Source: Bacteriovoracia bacterium (GTDB lineage Bacteria > Bdellovibrionota > UBA1018 > CAIPTA01). Taken from it: a DNA stretch of 64,000 bases. The notes below the pieces were generated by a model, which worked only from the letters and a program-made list of their open reading frames with translations, ran no database searches and had not been told where the DNA came from. The position numbers and the translations under genes were made by a program. Below are positions 48,516 to 59,116 of the stretch, in pieces (position 1 is the stretch's first letter; every line of letters begins with the position of its first letter). The DNA lies in contig JBFWVL010000001.1 of NCBI GenBank assembly GCA_050246755.1, forward strand, positions 640,001 to 704,000, written 5' to 3'.

Positions 48516-49322
48516 ATGAATACAGAACTCCGTGTAAAACTGGCCAGCTTTGAAGGGCCCTTGGATCTCCTTTTGTACCTTATCCAAAAGGACGAGATCG
48601 ATATCCGTAATATCAAAATTGCGGAAATCACCCATCAGTACCTTCGCACCCTCGATTTGATGCGCGAGCATAACCTCGATATCGCCGGTGATTTCTTGCT
48701 GATGGCAAGTACTCTTATTTATATCAAGAGCCGCACCATGCTGCCCAACCAAGACGAAGCCACGGCCCTGGACGGCGACGAGATCCAGACACAGGAAGAG
48801 CTCATGCGCCGCCTGCTGGAACACCAGCGCTACCGCGCGATGGCCCTCGATTTCAAACAGATGCCCGTGCTCGGCGCGGACTTCTTCAAGCGCCCGCCGC
48901 CGAACGAAAAAGAGAAGAAAGAGCAGCTCCTGAAAGAAATGAATCTTTCGGATCTCACGCTCGCGTTCCAAGATTTGCTGATGCGCTCGCGCCGCCCAAC
49001 GGCAAAGGTGAAAAAAGATAAGCTCTCGATCGCCGACGCCGCCAAGCGGATCGCCGATAAGCTGGGCTCCCAGGAAATCACCGACTTCCAAACCCTTTTC
49101 GCCGAAACCGCCGATCGCAACGAAGTGGTAGTTACCTTCCTCGCCATTCTCGAGCTCGGCCGCCTGCAGAAAATCCGCGTGCTCCAGCACAGCGTTTACG
49201 GAACCATTTATATCGTGCTCCGCGAGCGTCTCAACCTTGAGACGATGGAGAAACTTTTCGAATCAGGAGACTCGTATGCCTACCAACAACGACCAGCACC
49301 AGCTCCCGCCGCAACCCTCTGA
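48516..49322 (+). CDS. scpA: Segregation and condensation protein A
   Basis: FEGPLDLLL, TFLAILEL. Confidence 0.95.
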   Translation: MNTELRVKLASFEGPLDLLLYLIQKDEIDIRNIKIAEITHQYLRTLDLMREHNLDIAGDFLLMASTLIYIKSRTMLPNQDEATALDGDEIQTQEELMRRLLEHQRYRAMALDFKQMPVLGADFFKRPPPNEKEKKEQLLKEMNLSDLTLAFQDLLMRSRRPTAKVKKDKLSIADAAKRIADKLGSQEITDFQTLFAETADRNEVVVTFLAILELGRLQKIRVLQHSVYGTIYIVLRERLNLETMEKLFESGDSYAYQQRPAPAPAATL

Positions 49323-50310
49323 TATGCAGCCTGACGAAATCCACAATCTCGGCGCGGAATCCGAAGAGTCAGCGGCTCCGTTCGCTGGCTTTGAATCCGA
49401 TCCCGGCCTGGAAAATCCCGCGGAAGCGGCTCCCACTGAAGGCGAAACCACGGCCGCTCCCGCCGAACCTATTTTCTACCGCGATCTCTCGAGCGCCGAA
49501 CTGCAAAGTGCCGTGGAAACGATCCTTTTCCTCCAGCACAAACCGATTTCGATCAATAAGCTCCGCGAACTGATTCATCCCGAGATCGCCGAAGACGAAT
49601 TCCGCACCGCCGTTTCCAATATTATGGCCTCCTATTTCGACGAGAGCCGTGGCATCGAGCTCGTGGAAGTAGCCGGCGGCTTCCAATTCCGCACTAAGGC
49701 TGAGAACAAAGAATTCGTGCGCCGCCTCTACCAAATCGCCCCGATGAAGCTCACTAATGCCATGCTCGAAGTATTGGCGATTGCGGCCTATAACCAGCCA
49801 CTTACCCGGGAAACCATCGATAAAATCCGGGGCGTGGATTCCAGCCACCTCGTAAGGGCGCTCCTGGACAAAAAAATGCTGCGGATCGCCGGAAAGAGCG
49901 ACGAACTTGGCCGCCCTATGATATATGCCACTACGAAAGAATTCCTCGAGCTCTTTGGTCTGCGCGATTTGAGCGCATTGCCCTCGCTCCGCGAACTGGA
50001 AGAAATGCTCCCCGCGAACGAAGTGGGTGGCGAAGTTTCCGAAGAAGAGCTGCTAGCCAAAGAAATGGAAGGCATCGTAGAGGAATCGCATCCGCTCGAG
50101 TTCAACGACCTCGAGCTCGAAGATTTGGAAGCCCATGAAACGCAGAAAATCGTATCGGCCGAACCAGCCGTTCAAGCACAAACGGACAGCGACGGACGCG
50201 CGACGCGCTACGGAAGCTCCACGGACCTCAACGAAGCCCAACCAGGAGATCTCGATCTCTCGCCAGAAGCTTCTCGACGTATCACGCCTGGACAAGAAGG
50301 CAACGCTTAG
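49276..50310 (+). CDS. scpB: Segregation and condensation protein B with acidic extensions
   Basis: AGGAG RBS before ATG 49276; VAGGFQFRT, IAYNQP-like, IRGVDS, GRP..Y.TT.EFL. Confidence 0.95.
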   Translation: MPTNNDQHQLPPQPSDMQPDEIHNLGAESEESAAPFAGFESDPGLENPAEAAPTEGETTAAPAEPIFYRDLSSAELQSAVETILFLQHKPISINKLRELIHPEIAEDEFRTAVSNIMASYFDESRGIELVEVAGGFQFRTKAENKEFVRRLYQIAPMKLTNAMLEVLAIAAYNQPLTRETIDKIRGVDSSHLVRALLDKKMLRIAGKSDELGRPMIYATTKEFLELFGLRDLSALPSLRELEEMLPANEVGGEVSEEELLAKEMEGIVEESHPLEFNDLELEDLEAHETQKIVSAEPAVQAQTDSDGRATRYGSSTDLNEAQPGDLDLSPEASRRITPGQEGNA

Positions 50311-51151
50311 GGCGAAGAGCCCTTCGTTCAAAAAGCTCCCCAGGCTGCGCGAAGCCCCCGGAGAGAGCGCCGGCAAAAAATCTAAAACCGCCACCGATGG
50401 CAAAGAGCGCTTGCAAAAAATCATCGCCGAGGCCGGCATTTGCTCCCGCCGCAAAGCTGAAGAGCTTATTTTGCTCGGCGAAGTGAAGGTAAATGGCGTG
50501 GTGGTAAATACCCTCGGCGCCAAGGCCGACCCGCGGGAAGACGCCATATCCGTGGAAGGAAAAGTGATCGAGCCTGATCGCGAGGATCGCCAATACTACC
50601 TGCTCAATAAACCTCGCGGTTATATCACCTCCACCAGCGATCCCCAGGGCCGCCCCACCGTAATGGAACTCATGCGCGGAATCGCTTCCCGCATCTATCC
50701 CGTAGGCCGCCTGGATTTTGCGAGCGAAGGCCTGCTTCTCCTCACCAACGATGGCGACGTGGCCCATAAGCTCATGCACCCCTCTTCGGGAATCAAGCGC
50801 ACTTACGCCGTGAAGGTAAAGGGCGAGGTTACGGACGAACAAATCAAGCTCCTGCGCAAAGGCATTCACCTTAGCGACGGCTTTGTGAAGCCCATTCGAG
50901 TGGCCCGCATCAAAGGCGAGCGCCTGATGAATAAAGAGTGGATCGAGATCGCGATCACCGAAGGCAAGAACCTGGAGATCCGCCGTCTTTTCGCGGTACT
51001 TGACCTCGAGGTGGAGCGCTTGCGCCGCATCGCGATCGGGCCGATCGAAATCGGGTCTATTCCGGTCGGGAAATTCGTGCGTTTGGCCAAATACCAGGTG
51101 GAAGAAATTTTCGCGGCGGCGCAAAAAGACCGCGAAGAGCGGGAAGAGTAA
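50135..51151 (+). CDS. rluB: RsuA/RluB-family pseudouridine synthase
   Basis: ERLQK..A.AG.CSRR S4 domain; NKP, VGRLD, EGK; start uncertain. Confidence 0.9.
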   Translation: MKRRKSYRPNQPFKHKRTATDARRATEAPRTSTKPNQEISISRQKLLDVSRLDKKATLRAKSPSFKKLPRLREAPGESAGKKSKTATDGKERLQKIIAEAGICSRRKAEELILLGEVKVNGVVVNTLGAKADPREDAISVEGKVIEPDREDRQYYLLNKPRGYITSTSDPQGRPTVMELMRGIASRIYPVGRLDFASEGLLLLTNDGDVAHKLMHPSSGIKRTYAVKVKGEVTDEQIKLLRKGIHLSDGFVKPIRVARIKGERLMNKEWIEIAITEGKNLEIRRLFAVLDLEVERLRRIAIGPIEIGSIPVGKFVRLAKYQVEEIFAAAQKDREEREE

Positions 51152-51202
51152 ACTTTTCTACGCTGGGCATATAGTTTAAGATCCAAAGCAGAGGAAACCA
51201 CG

Positions 51203-51763
51203 ATGAATAAAAATCTAAAGAGCGATCGCAATACCTTGGCCGTAGTTTGGGTAATCTTCGGAACCCTGGCCCGCCTCATCCCCCATGCTCCTAATATGAC
51301 ACCCACCACTAGCATCGCGCTTTTCAGCGGATCTCAGCTCGGGCGTGTTCTTTCTTTCGTGGTGAGCTTTCTCACGCTGATCGCTTCCGATCTTTTGCTC
51401 GCTAAAATCACGGGCTACCCGGCCTTCGGCGTCTGGTCTTTCTTCACTTATTCCGGCTTTGCCGCGATCATCGTGGCCGGCTTCTGGTTAAAAGCAAATC
51501 CATCCGCGCTCCGCACTGGCTCTTACCTCGTGGCTTCTTCTTTGGGTTTCTGGCTCTGGACAAACTTCGGTATCTGGATCACCGGCGACCACGGACTGTA
51601 CGCGCGCACCTTCGAAGGCCTAGTGGCGTGCTACGTAGCGGCGCTTCCCTTCCTCGGCAATGCCCTGGCTGGAGATTTAATTTGGGGAAGTGTATTCTTC
51701 TTGAGCTTCTACGGGGTGCGCCGCCTGGCTCCCCGTTTCGGTATTTCGGTTCAGAACACCTAA
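51203..51763 (+). CDS. DUF6580-like putative transport membrane protein
   Basis: RLIPH.PN.TP, SD, TNFG.W, CY..ALPF motifs. Confidence 0.8.
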   Translation: MNKNLKSDRNTLAVVWVIFGTLARLIPHAPNMTPTTSIALFSGSQLGRVLSFVVSFLTLIASDLLLAKITGYPAFGVWSFFTYSGFAAIIVAGFWLKANPSALRTGSYLVASSLGFWLWTNFGIWITGDHGLYARTFEGLVACYVAALPFLGNALAGDLIWGSVFFLSFYGVRRLAPRFGISVQNT

Positions 51764-53028
51764 GGTTTCAGCTTAATCAGATAAAGCGCGGATTTTTCGT
51801 CTTTCATTTCCACTTTACCCGCGCTTTTGTCCCAACTTCCTTCTAGGCCAAAATCATTGTCCACAATGATGGCGATCGTATCGTTGTCCACCAAATCGAT
51901 CCCTTCGGCCTTGGATTCTTTCACGCCGAGGGCGGCGAGATCGCAAACTTCCTCTTTTTCGAGAACGATCACGCCTTCTCCCAGGAGCGCCCCGGCCTTC
52001 GTGGTCTCGAGCGTTCCGCCCGGCCCCGCTAACTTCTCGGGAAGCAGCTGCAGGTTCGTGGCCTTGCCGATACGGAAGCGATAAATTTTCTTCACGCTTT
52101 TCTTACCCACTTTTCCGTTTTGCTCGATCACCAGAAACTGGCCAGGGGCTTCGTAGGCGATATCGCCGATTTTATCGGATTTTCCTGGGCCCTGAACATA
52201 TCCGTACTGGGCCAAGGTTTTTCTACCGGCGGGATCTACTTCCACCATGCGCACGAATTTCGATTTGTCCGAATTCTTCTGCTTGGGGCTGCGAGGGTTA
52301 TCTAGGGGACTCTGGAGCATTCCGTAAAGCTTGCCGTCTCCGAGAGTCACGCCTTCGAAACCACGGTTCAGGCGGATTTGTTCGAAAACTTTCGGTAGTC
52401 CTTGTCCCGGCTTCATCCTTTCGAGAAGTTTTCCTTCCGCCGAAAAAAGAGCGAGCGAGGGGCCGTATTCTTCTCCGATCCAAAAAGAACCATCGGGGTT
52501 AAGCGCGATTCCTTCGGGATCCATTCCGTAGGGATCGTAGGGCAGAGGAACGCCCTTGAGATCAACGGGCATTTCACCGCCTTCGCGATTCGGGAGTCCG
52601 CTCAAAGGCTTGCCATCGGGGCGCAACAGCGAAATAACTTTTTCCACCTCGAAGGTTCCCGCCGCTGGATCGGCCACCAGAAAAATGATCCTGGGCTGAA
52701 AGGCCGGCAATACGAAGGGCCGGGTGGTGATTCCATTTTTAACTTCCTCCGTGGCGTTGGGCCCACGATCAGAAAGCGAAAGAAAACGGAGCTTACCGTC
52801 GGGATTTTTTCCCAGAAATTTCAGGCCGGAGAATCCTCCCAGTTCGATGGCCTGGCCGGCTTCGGATACTCCTATCGAGCCGGACACTTTCAGCTCTAGC
52901 CGCTGCATCTGGTGTGGTTTCATGGCGGATGACTCCGATTTGCCCGCAGGTAACGGCCGAGGTGAAGTAACCTGATGAGCGCAGCCCGCCAGTAACACTC
53001 CAAGAATCGATAGGGGCAAATATTTCAT
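51760..53028 (-). CDS. Esterase-like activity of phytase family lipoprotein
   Basis: Lipobox LAGC; GGFSG, SDRGPN, DPEGI, EEYGP, NRGFEG, DNDF. Confidence 0.88.
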   Translation of the reverse strand: MKYLPLSILGVLLAGCAHQVTSPRPLPAGKSESSAMKPHQMQRLELKVSGSIGVSEAGQAIELGGFSGLKFLGKNPDGKLRFLSLSDRGPNATEEVKNGITTRPFVLPAFQPRIIFLVADPAAGTFEVEKVISLLRPDGKPLSGLPNREGGEMPVDLKGVPLPYDPYGMDPEGIALNPDGSFWIGEEYGPSLALFSAEGKLLERMKPGQGLPKVFEQIRLNRGFEGVTLGDGKLYGMLQSPLDNPRSPKQKNSDKSKFVRMVEVDPAGRKTLAQYGYVQGPGKSDKIGDIAYEAPGQFLVIEQNGKVGKKSVKKIYRFRIGKATNLQLLPEKLAGPGGTLETTKAGALLGEGVIVLEKEEVCDLAALGVKESKAEGIDLVDNDTIAIIVDNDFGLEGSWDKSAGKVEMKDEKSALYLIKLKP

Positions 53029-53029
53029 T

Positions 53030-54955
53030 TTATTCCGTCCGGTTTCGCACGAGATCCTGCACCACCGAAGGATCGGCGAGCGTGGAGGTATCTCCTAAGT
53101 TTTCAAACTGATTTTCGGCAATCTTGCGCAGAATTCTCCGCATGATTTTTCCGGAACGGGTTTTTGGCAGCCCCGGCGCCCATTGAATTTTTTCCGGAGC
53201 GGCGATCGCGCCGATCTCTTTCCTCACCCACAGCCCCAGCTCCTTCTTCAGCTCTTCGCTGGGAGTGGCGTCCGCCTTGAGCGTAACGTAGGCGTAGATG
53301 CCTTGGCCTTTGATGTCGTGGGGGAAGCCCACCACGGCGGCTTCCGCCACCTTGGGATGCGCTACGAGGGCGCTCTCGATCTCGGCCGTACCGAGGCGAT
53401 GGCCGGAAACGTTGAGCACGTCATCTACGCGGCCAGTGATCCAGTAGTAACCGTCGGCGTCCCGGCGGCATCCGTCGCCCGAGAAATACTTGCCAGGAAA
53501 GGCGGAGAAATAGGTTTGCACGAACCGGTCGTGATCCCCATGTACGGTGCGCATCTGCCCGGGCCAGGAATCAAGAATGCAAAGATTGCCCTCGGCCTCT
53601 CCCTCGAGAATTTTTCCCTTATCATCCACGAGGGCGGGTTTTACGCCGAAGAATGGTAAGGTAGCCGATCCGGGCTTGAGCGGCATCGCCCCGGGCAACG
53701 GGGAAATCATGATGCCGCCGGTTTCGGTTTGCCACCAAGTGTCCACTACGGGGCAGCGTTTCTCGCCTACCACGCGATGGTACCAAAGCCAGGCCTCGGG
53801 ATTAATGGGCTCGCCCACCGATCCCAGCAGGCGGAGGCTCTTGCGGGAAGTTTTTTGCACTGGCGCATCGCCTTCGCGCATGAGCGCGCGGATCGCGGTG
53901 GGCGCCGTATAAAATATATTTACTTTATGCTTGTCGATCACCTCCCAGAAGCGGGAGGCGCTTGGGTAATTCGGCACCCCTTCGAACATCAGCGTGGTGG
54001 CGCCGTTGGCGAGTGGTCCGTAGACGATATAACTATGGCCGGTAACCCAGCCCACGTCGGCCGTGCACCAATAGACTTCCCCTTCGCGGTAGTCGAACAC
54101 GTAGCGATGGGTGAGCGAGGTATAGAGCAGGTAGCCCGCGGTGGTATGAAGCACGCCCTTGGGCTTATTGGTGGAACCGGAAGTGTAGAGGATAAAGAGC
54201 GGGTCCTCGGCATCCATGATCTCCGCCGGGCAGTCTTTGCTCGCCTTCCTCATTTCATCGAGAAGCCAAACATCTCGGCCTTTTTCGAAAGGCACTTCGG
54301 ATCCGGTATGCTTCACCAGAAAAACCTTTTCGATGAGCCCGCTCTTCTCAATGGCGGCGTCCACGTTCGTTTTCAGGGCGATTTTCTTGCCGGCGCGCAA
54401 GCCTTCGTCGGCGGTGATCACGAAACGGCTTTTGGAATCGGTAATCCGATCGGCCACCGATTCCGCGCTGAAACCACCAAATACCACGCAGTGAGGAGCA
54501 CCGATCCGTGCGCACGCCAGCATAGCGAAGGCCGCCTCGGGAATCATCGGCAGGTAGATAGTAACGAAATCACCTTTTTTTACGCCGGAAGCCTTCAGCA
54601 CGTTCGCCATGCGGCATACTTGCTCATGCAACTCTCCGTACGAAATCTTACGTACCGCAGCCGAAGGGGAATCCGGCTCCCACAGAATCGCCGTCTGGCC
54701 GGACCGCTTCGGCAGGTGGCGATCAATGCAATTGTAGGTAACGTTGAGCTTACCGCCCTCGAACCAACGGATTTTTACCGGGGGCTCGAAGCTCGTATTT
54801 TTCACCTTCGCCCACTTTTGGGCCCAATCGAGGGTGGAGGCCTGCTTGGCCCAAAAACCTTCGGGATCACGCATTGATTCGTCGTAGAGTTTTTTATAGT
54901 CGCCGGGGCCGCAAAGGGCTTCGAAGTTTTCCGGAATAGGTATGATTTCACTCAT
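53030..54955 (-). CDS. acs: Acetyl-CoA synthetase
   Basis: [31 protein letters not shown]. Confidence 0.97.
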   Translation of the reverse strand: MSEIIPIPENFEALCGPGDYKKLYDESMRDPEGFWAKQASTLDWAQKWAKVKNTSFEPPVKIRWFEGGKLNVTYNCIDRHLPKRSGQTAILWEPDSPSAAVRKISYGELHEQVCRMANVLKASGVKKGDFVTIYLPMIPEAAFAMLACARIGAPHCVVFGGFSAESVADRITDSKSRFVITADEGLRAGKKIALKTNVDAAIEKSGLIEKVFLVKHTGSEVPFEKGRDVWLLDEMRKASKDCPAEIMDAEDPLFILYTSGSTNKPKGVLHTTAGYLLYTSLTHRYVFDYREGEVYWCTADVGWVTGHSYIVYGPLANGATTLMFEGVPNYPSASRFWEVIDKHKVNIFYTAPTAIRALMREGDAPVQKTSRKSLRLLGSVGEPINPEAWLWYHRVVGEKRCPVVDTWWQTETGGIMISPLPGAMPLKPGSATLPFFGVKPALVDDKGKILEGEAEGNLCILDSWPGQMRTVHGDHDRFVQTYFSAFPGKYFSGDGCRRDADGYYWITGRVDDVLNVSGHRLGTAEIESALVAHPKVAEAAVVGFPHDIKGQGIYAYVTLKADATPSEELKKELGLWVRKEIGAIAAPEKIQWAPGLPKTRSGKIMRRILRKIAENQFENLGDTSTLADPSVVQDLVRNRTE

Positions 54956-55040
54956 CCTTCCATCCAAACAGGCGGAGCGCTTTCCGTCAAATCCCCCGGC
55001 AATTATTGAGTCGCTCCGGCATTCACACTACACTGTCGGA

Positions 55041-55811
55041 ATGCGCATCCTCGCCTTATGCCTATTGACCCTCTGCGTTGCCCCCTATGCAACTGGCAAG
55101 AAGCTTGCGCCGCGCCCCATTCCTGTTCCCGTTCCCGAAGACAAAATTCTAGGAAGAATTTTCGAAACTCCGGTCAAGGGAGCTATTCCCGCTTTTTTCT
55201 ATGAAGCCAAACGGACTAAAGAAGGCGCCAAAACTCTCTCCACCACCACTTACCGCGATCCCACCGGCAAAGTTTTGGTGGAAGAAACCACCACCTACGA
55301 AAATGGAAAATTGCTTCGCTATACTTATCAGCAAAAGCAGGTGAACGAATCGGGCGAGATTGATTTCCGCGACGGAAAAGTATTTTACAAATTCCGCACT
55401 CCGCACCGGGAAGACACGGACTCCGAAAGCATCGAGCCGAATATGATCGTGCCCGATATGGTGGTGGGCGTGGTGCAGGATCACTGGCAAGAACTAATGA
55501 ACGACGACACGGTGAAGACCCGCTTCCTCGTGCTCGAGCGACAGGACAGCTTCGGCTTCAAGTTCTACAAAGACCAAGAGCGAGTACTCGACGGAATACC
55601 GGTGGTAGACTTCATCCTCAAGCCGTCAAGCTTCCTGATCGCCGCCATCGCGCCCAAGATCCGGATCACGATGGAGAAGGCCGCCCCCCACCGCGCGGTG
55701 GAGATGGAAGGCGTATTGCCGATTCGCATTCCCGAGATTTCGCCGCCGCGGCAACGCTCCGACTACCGCGCCCTGGATGGCTTGCTGAAATTCGATCTGC
55801 CGAAAAAATAA
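55041..55811 (+). CDS. Hypothetical secreted beta-rich protein
   Basis: Signal peptide after ATG 55041; genome-like codon usage. Confidence 0.75.
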   Translation: MRILALCLLTLCVAPYATGKKLAPRPIPVPVPEDKILGRIFETPVKGAIPAFFYEAKRTKEGAKTLSTTTYRDPTGKVLVEETTTYENGKLLRYTYQQKQVNESGEIDFRDGKVFYKFRTPHREDTDSESIEPNMIVPDMVVGVVQDHWQELMNDDTVKTRFLVLERQDSFGFKFYKDQERVLDGIPVVDFILKPSSFLIAAIAPKIRITMEKAAPHRAVEMEGVLPIRIPEISPPRQRSDYRALDGLLKFDLPKK

Positions 55812-56666
55812 TTACGCGTCGGGATTGAGGTCCGGCGGAATCTGGGTACTATCGTCGTCGCCCGTTTCGCTATCCTCTACGGTTTCTTCTTCCACCACCG
55901 CCGAATCCGGCGCCGTTTCCGGGACCGCTTCAAAAGAAAATGGGGTAGCTACCAGCTGTTCGTAGTCCGCCTGGCTTACGCGTCCGGTGGCCACCAGCTT
56001 GCCGAGGATAGCCCGCACAGTGGAGCGCGCGTAAGGCGTGAGCGTTTGCTTACGAAAGGAAACGCTGTATTTCTTCGGGCTGGGAAGCAGCATCGCTAGA
56101 AAAGCTCCCTCTTTGGCGCTGAGCTCGGAAGGAGATTTATGAAAGTAATATTGGCTGGCGGGGCCGATGCCATATACGCCCGGCCCGAACTCCACCACGT
56201 TCAGGTAAATTTCAAGGATGCGTTTCTTCCCCACGTGGCGTTCCACGCGGATCGCGAGCACGGCCTCCTGAATTTTTCTCCATATCGTCTTTTCCCCGGT
56301 GAGGTACACGTTCTTCACCATTTGCTGCGTGATCGTGGAGCCTCCGCGCGCGAACTTTCCTTTTTTCAGATTCGTGGTGAAGGAATCCCAGATTTGCTGG
56401 AAGTCGAAACCGTTATGCTGGTAGAACGCCCAGTCCTCGCTAAGCACGATCGCAGAAACAGCGAGCGGACTGATGGCGCCGAGGCTAGTCCAGCCGGCGG
56501 GGCGGGCCTTTTGGATCTCCGCCGTGGCCGTCTTTTCCTTCGGATCGTAGTTTACGCGCACGAAGGAAGTGCGCAGCTCCCCCACGTCGGTGAGAACGCG
56601 GAACATATGAAAGGCCAACAAGTAAAAGCCGCCGAAGCAAATTAGGAGTAGCGCAAACCGCCGCAT
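55812..56666 (-). CDS. mtgA: Monofunctional peptidoglycan transglycosylase (GT51)
   Basis: ED..F..H.G, GGSTITQQ..KN, RK..E, K.RILE.YLN. Confidence 0.92.
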   Translation of the reverse strand: MRRFALLLICFGGFYLLAFHMFRVLTDVGELRTSFVRVNYDPKEKTATAEIQKARPAGWTSLGAISPLAVSAIVLSEDWAFYQHNGFDFQQIWDSFTTNLKKGKFARGGSTITQQMVKNVYLTGEKTIWRKIQEAVLAIRVERHVGKKRILEIYLNVVEFGPGVYGIGPASQYYFHKSPSELSAKEGAFLAMLLPSPKKYSVSFRKQTLTPYARSTVRAILGKLVATGRVSQADYEQLVATPFSFEAVPETAPDSAVVEEETVEDSETGDDDSTQIPPDLNPDA

Positions 56667-56748
56667 CTTAAACGGGTAACACGAATCTGGGCTTAGTCTC
56701 ACGCGAAAAATCGAAGCGGCAATCCGGAATCAGCGGTATCCTGTAGCG

Positions 56749-57918
56749 ATGGATAATATCACCCACTCCCTGATCGGTTTGGCGGCGGGCGAGGCCTGGA
56801 GCAGCGCACGCAAAAAGAAACAGGCGCCCCTCTGGATCGCCTCGATGCTGGCCAATAATATTCCGGACATCGACGTGCCACTCGGTTCCGTTTTCCTGCA
56901 GGACTCTCTCTCACGACTGCTCTCCCATCGCGGGTATTCCCATACGTTACTCTTGGCTCCCATTCAGGGACTTATCGTTTTTTTCCTGCTCTGGCTCTGC
57001 TACCGCAAACGCTCCGACTTTCCCGCGCGCGACGTGCTCGCCATTTCCCTGCTTGGGCCCTTCCTGCATATTTTCGCCGACTCCTGGAACTCCTACGGCG
57101 TCCACCCCTTCTGGCCCTTTCACAACGAATGGTTCTACGGCGATTTCGTGTTCATCCTCGAGCCTTGGGTGTGGGTGATCGTGCTGCCCGCGCTGTTCTT
57201 CGCCACCTCCTCAAAAATTCTACGCTCGGTATTTGCGGTGATCGGCGGAGGCATAGTGGCGGTCGCCTGGATCAATGATTTAGTGCCACCGCTGGTGGCG
57301 GGAATGCTTTCCATTTTCCTCGTGGGATTTTTGCTGCTTTTGCGGAAAGTGCCCTCTCCCGGAAAAAGAATCTCCTGCGCCATTTCCGCCATCGCAATTT
57401 TCCTCGGCACCTTTTCCTTCACGAGCCGGAGTCTAGCCCAACGATTCGCCCAACCGGGATTTGAACTCGCCCTCTCCCCTTACCCCGGCAATCCCTTCTG
57501 CTGGACGGCGCATTCCGCCGGCTTCATGGGCGACGAGTACCAGGCCACCGTGATGCGGTTGGCGCCCTGGCCGAAGCTCTTTCCGGTGCAGAAATGCCCA
57601 CTGTTTTTCTCTTCGGGCACTTCCGCTCCTCTCGAAAAGGTGGACCAAACGCAGTCGCCCGAGCGGATCGTGCTGGGCTTATTCCGTGCGAAGAAATCGG
57701 AGCTTGAAGCCTTAGGTAAAGATTGCCAAGGCGATGCTTTCCTCCGCTTCGCGCGCATTCCCTTCTGGAAACCCGAGGGGAGTCACTTCGTGATGGGCGA
57801 TTTACGCTTCGATCGCGGAGGAGGAAGAGGTTTTGCCACCGCGAAGGTGGACGGAGGGCCTTGCCCGGATTTCACCGGCCCGTGGATCGGGCGCTTCTCT
57901 CCCGAGCATTCGCACTAA
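56749..57918 (+). CDS. Inner-membrane metal-dependent hydrolase (YdjM-like)
   Basis: MDNITH, PDID, HRGYSHT, H.FAD..NSYG. Confidence 0.88.
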   Translation: MDNITHSLIGLAAGEAWSSARKKKQAPLWIASMLANNIPDIDVPLGSVFLQDSLSRLLSHRGYSHTLLLAPIQGLIVFFLLWLCYRKRSDFPARDVLAISLLGPFLHIFADSWNSYGVHPFWPFHNEWFYGDFVFILEPWVWVIVLPALFFATSSKILRSVFAVIGGGIVAVAWINDLVPPLVAGMLSIFLVGFLLLLRKVPSPGKRISCAISAIAIFLGTFSFTSRSLAQRFAQPGFELALSPYPGNPFCWTAHSAGFMGDEYQATVMRLAPWPKLFPVQKCPLFFSSGTSAPLEKVDQTQSPERIVLGLFRAKKSELEALGKDCQGDAFLRFARIPFWKPEGSHFVMGDLRFDRGGGRGFATAKVDGGPCPDFTGPWIGRFSPEHSH

Positions 57919-58769
57919 CGCACTTTTTTGGGCTGGCAGTTCAAGCAGAAATGCGTGGAGCGCCCGGCCAACTGGATTCTTTGGATCTTCTTCCCGCAAG
58001 TGGAGCAGGCTTCGCCGGTTTTTCCGTAGACCAATAGATTCTGGGCGTATGCGCCCTTTTCGCCTTCGGCATTCACGTAGTCATTGATCGTACTACCGCC
58101 AGCAGCGATGGATTTATGAAGAAGTGTAAGGATTGCGTCCCAGAGCGCTTTCGGATCTTTCACCTTCGGAGAAGATCTCGTCGGATGCACGCCCACGGCG
58201 TGGAGCGCCTCGTCGGCATAGATATTTCCCACGCCGGCGACCGCACTTTGGTCGAGAAGAAGAGCCTTAATGGGTTTTTTCTTGGTGCGCATTGCCTGCA
58301 GAAAAACATCCAGGGCACGCTCCGGATCGAGAATGGGATCCGGCGCGATTTTCTTTTTCGCAAAATAATTCTCTTCGCTTCTCACCGCCGTAAGCGTGCC
58401 GAAGCGGCGGGTATCGATGAAAAGTACGCGGTGATTTTCGAAAATGAAACGTGATCGCACCTGCAGGCCCTTGCCTTTTTTCTGGCCGATCACTTGGCGA
58501 ACATGGGGAGCGATCGTGGGCGAGGACTGCTCGAGGAATTTCCCGGTCATTCGTAAATGCCCCACGAGAGAAAGGCCTTTTTCGAAACGGAAGATGAGGT
58601 ATTTCCCTCTCCGGGCCGTCTCGGTGAGACGGAGGTTTCGAAAGGAGACGGGCTTTACTTCCGATTCAAACCAAACGCGGGCGTCGAAAATCTCGATTGT
58701 GGAGAGCTTCTGGCCGGCCAGATATTTCAAGCCTCGCACTACGGTTTCGACTTCGGGAAGCTCGGGCAT
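57915..58769 (-). CDS. mutM: Formamidopyrimidine-DNA glycosylase
   Basis: MPELPEVE, HLRMTG, GVGNIYADE, C4 zinc finger. Confidence 0.96.
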   Translation of the reverse strand: MPELPEVETVVRGLKYLAGQKLSTIEIFDARVWFESEVKPVSFRNLRLTETARRGKYLIFRFEKGLSLVGHLRMTGKFLEQSSPTIAPHVRQVIGQKKGKGLQVRSRFIFENHRVLFIDTRRFGTLTAVRSEENYFAKKKIAPDPILDPERALDVFLQAMRTKKKPIKALLLDQSAVAGVGNIYADEALHAVGVHPTRSSPKVKDPKALWDAILTLLHKSIAAGGSTINDYVNAEGEKGAYAQNLLVYGKTGEACSTCGKKIQRIQLAGRSTHFCLNCQPKKVR

Positions 58770-59040
58770 GAGAAGAACCTACCTAAACGCAGATTCTCCC
58801 GCAAGGACGCATCCAGTCTCGCTGCGCGCCTCTTTTGTTAATGAAACGTAAGGAAAGAAACGCGTACCCTAACCGCTTTCGCCAGTACGATCGGGGAAAA
58901 CATCTTCACGGCTTTTTGCCACTATAAAACGCGCTAAAAAGCATAACCTGACGGCTAGACCCCAAGCCCAACAGTAACCATTTAATTTTAATGATCTTTT
59001 CAGTGAACCTGGAAACGAGCCAGTACTTAAAAATGCTTCA

Positions 59041-59090
59041 TATTGTGACAATTTGTGACGATATGTTATAAAATGCGACAGTGTGTTATA
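59041..59090 (+). promoter_or_regulatory. Five phased 10-bp imperfect direct repeats (candidate TA operator) next to a TATAAT box
   Basis: tattgtgaca / atttgtgacg / atatgttata / aaatgcgaca / gtgtgttata, then cTATAAT and an AGGAG RBS. Confidence 0.65.
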
Positions 59091-59116
59091 CTATAATAAG
59101 CATCTAGGAGAGACCT

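Noticed and set aside
53729-54877. 382-aa plus-strand ORF
   Set aside because: Antisense shadow of the conserved acs gene.
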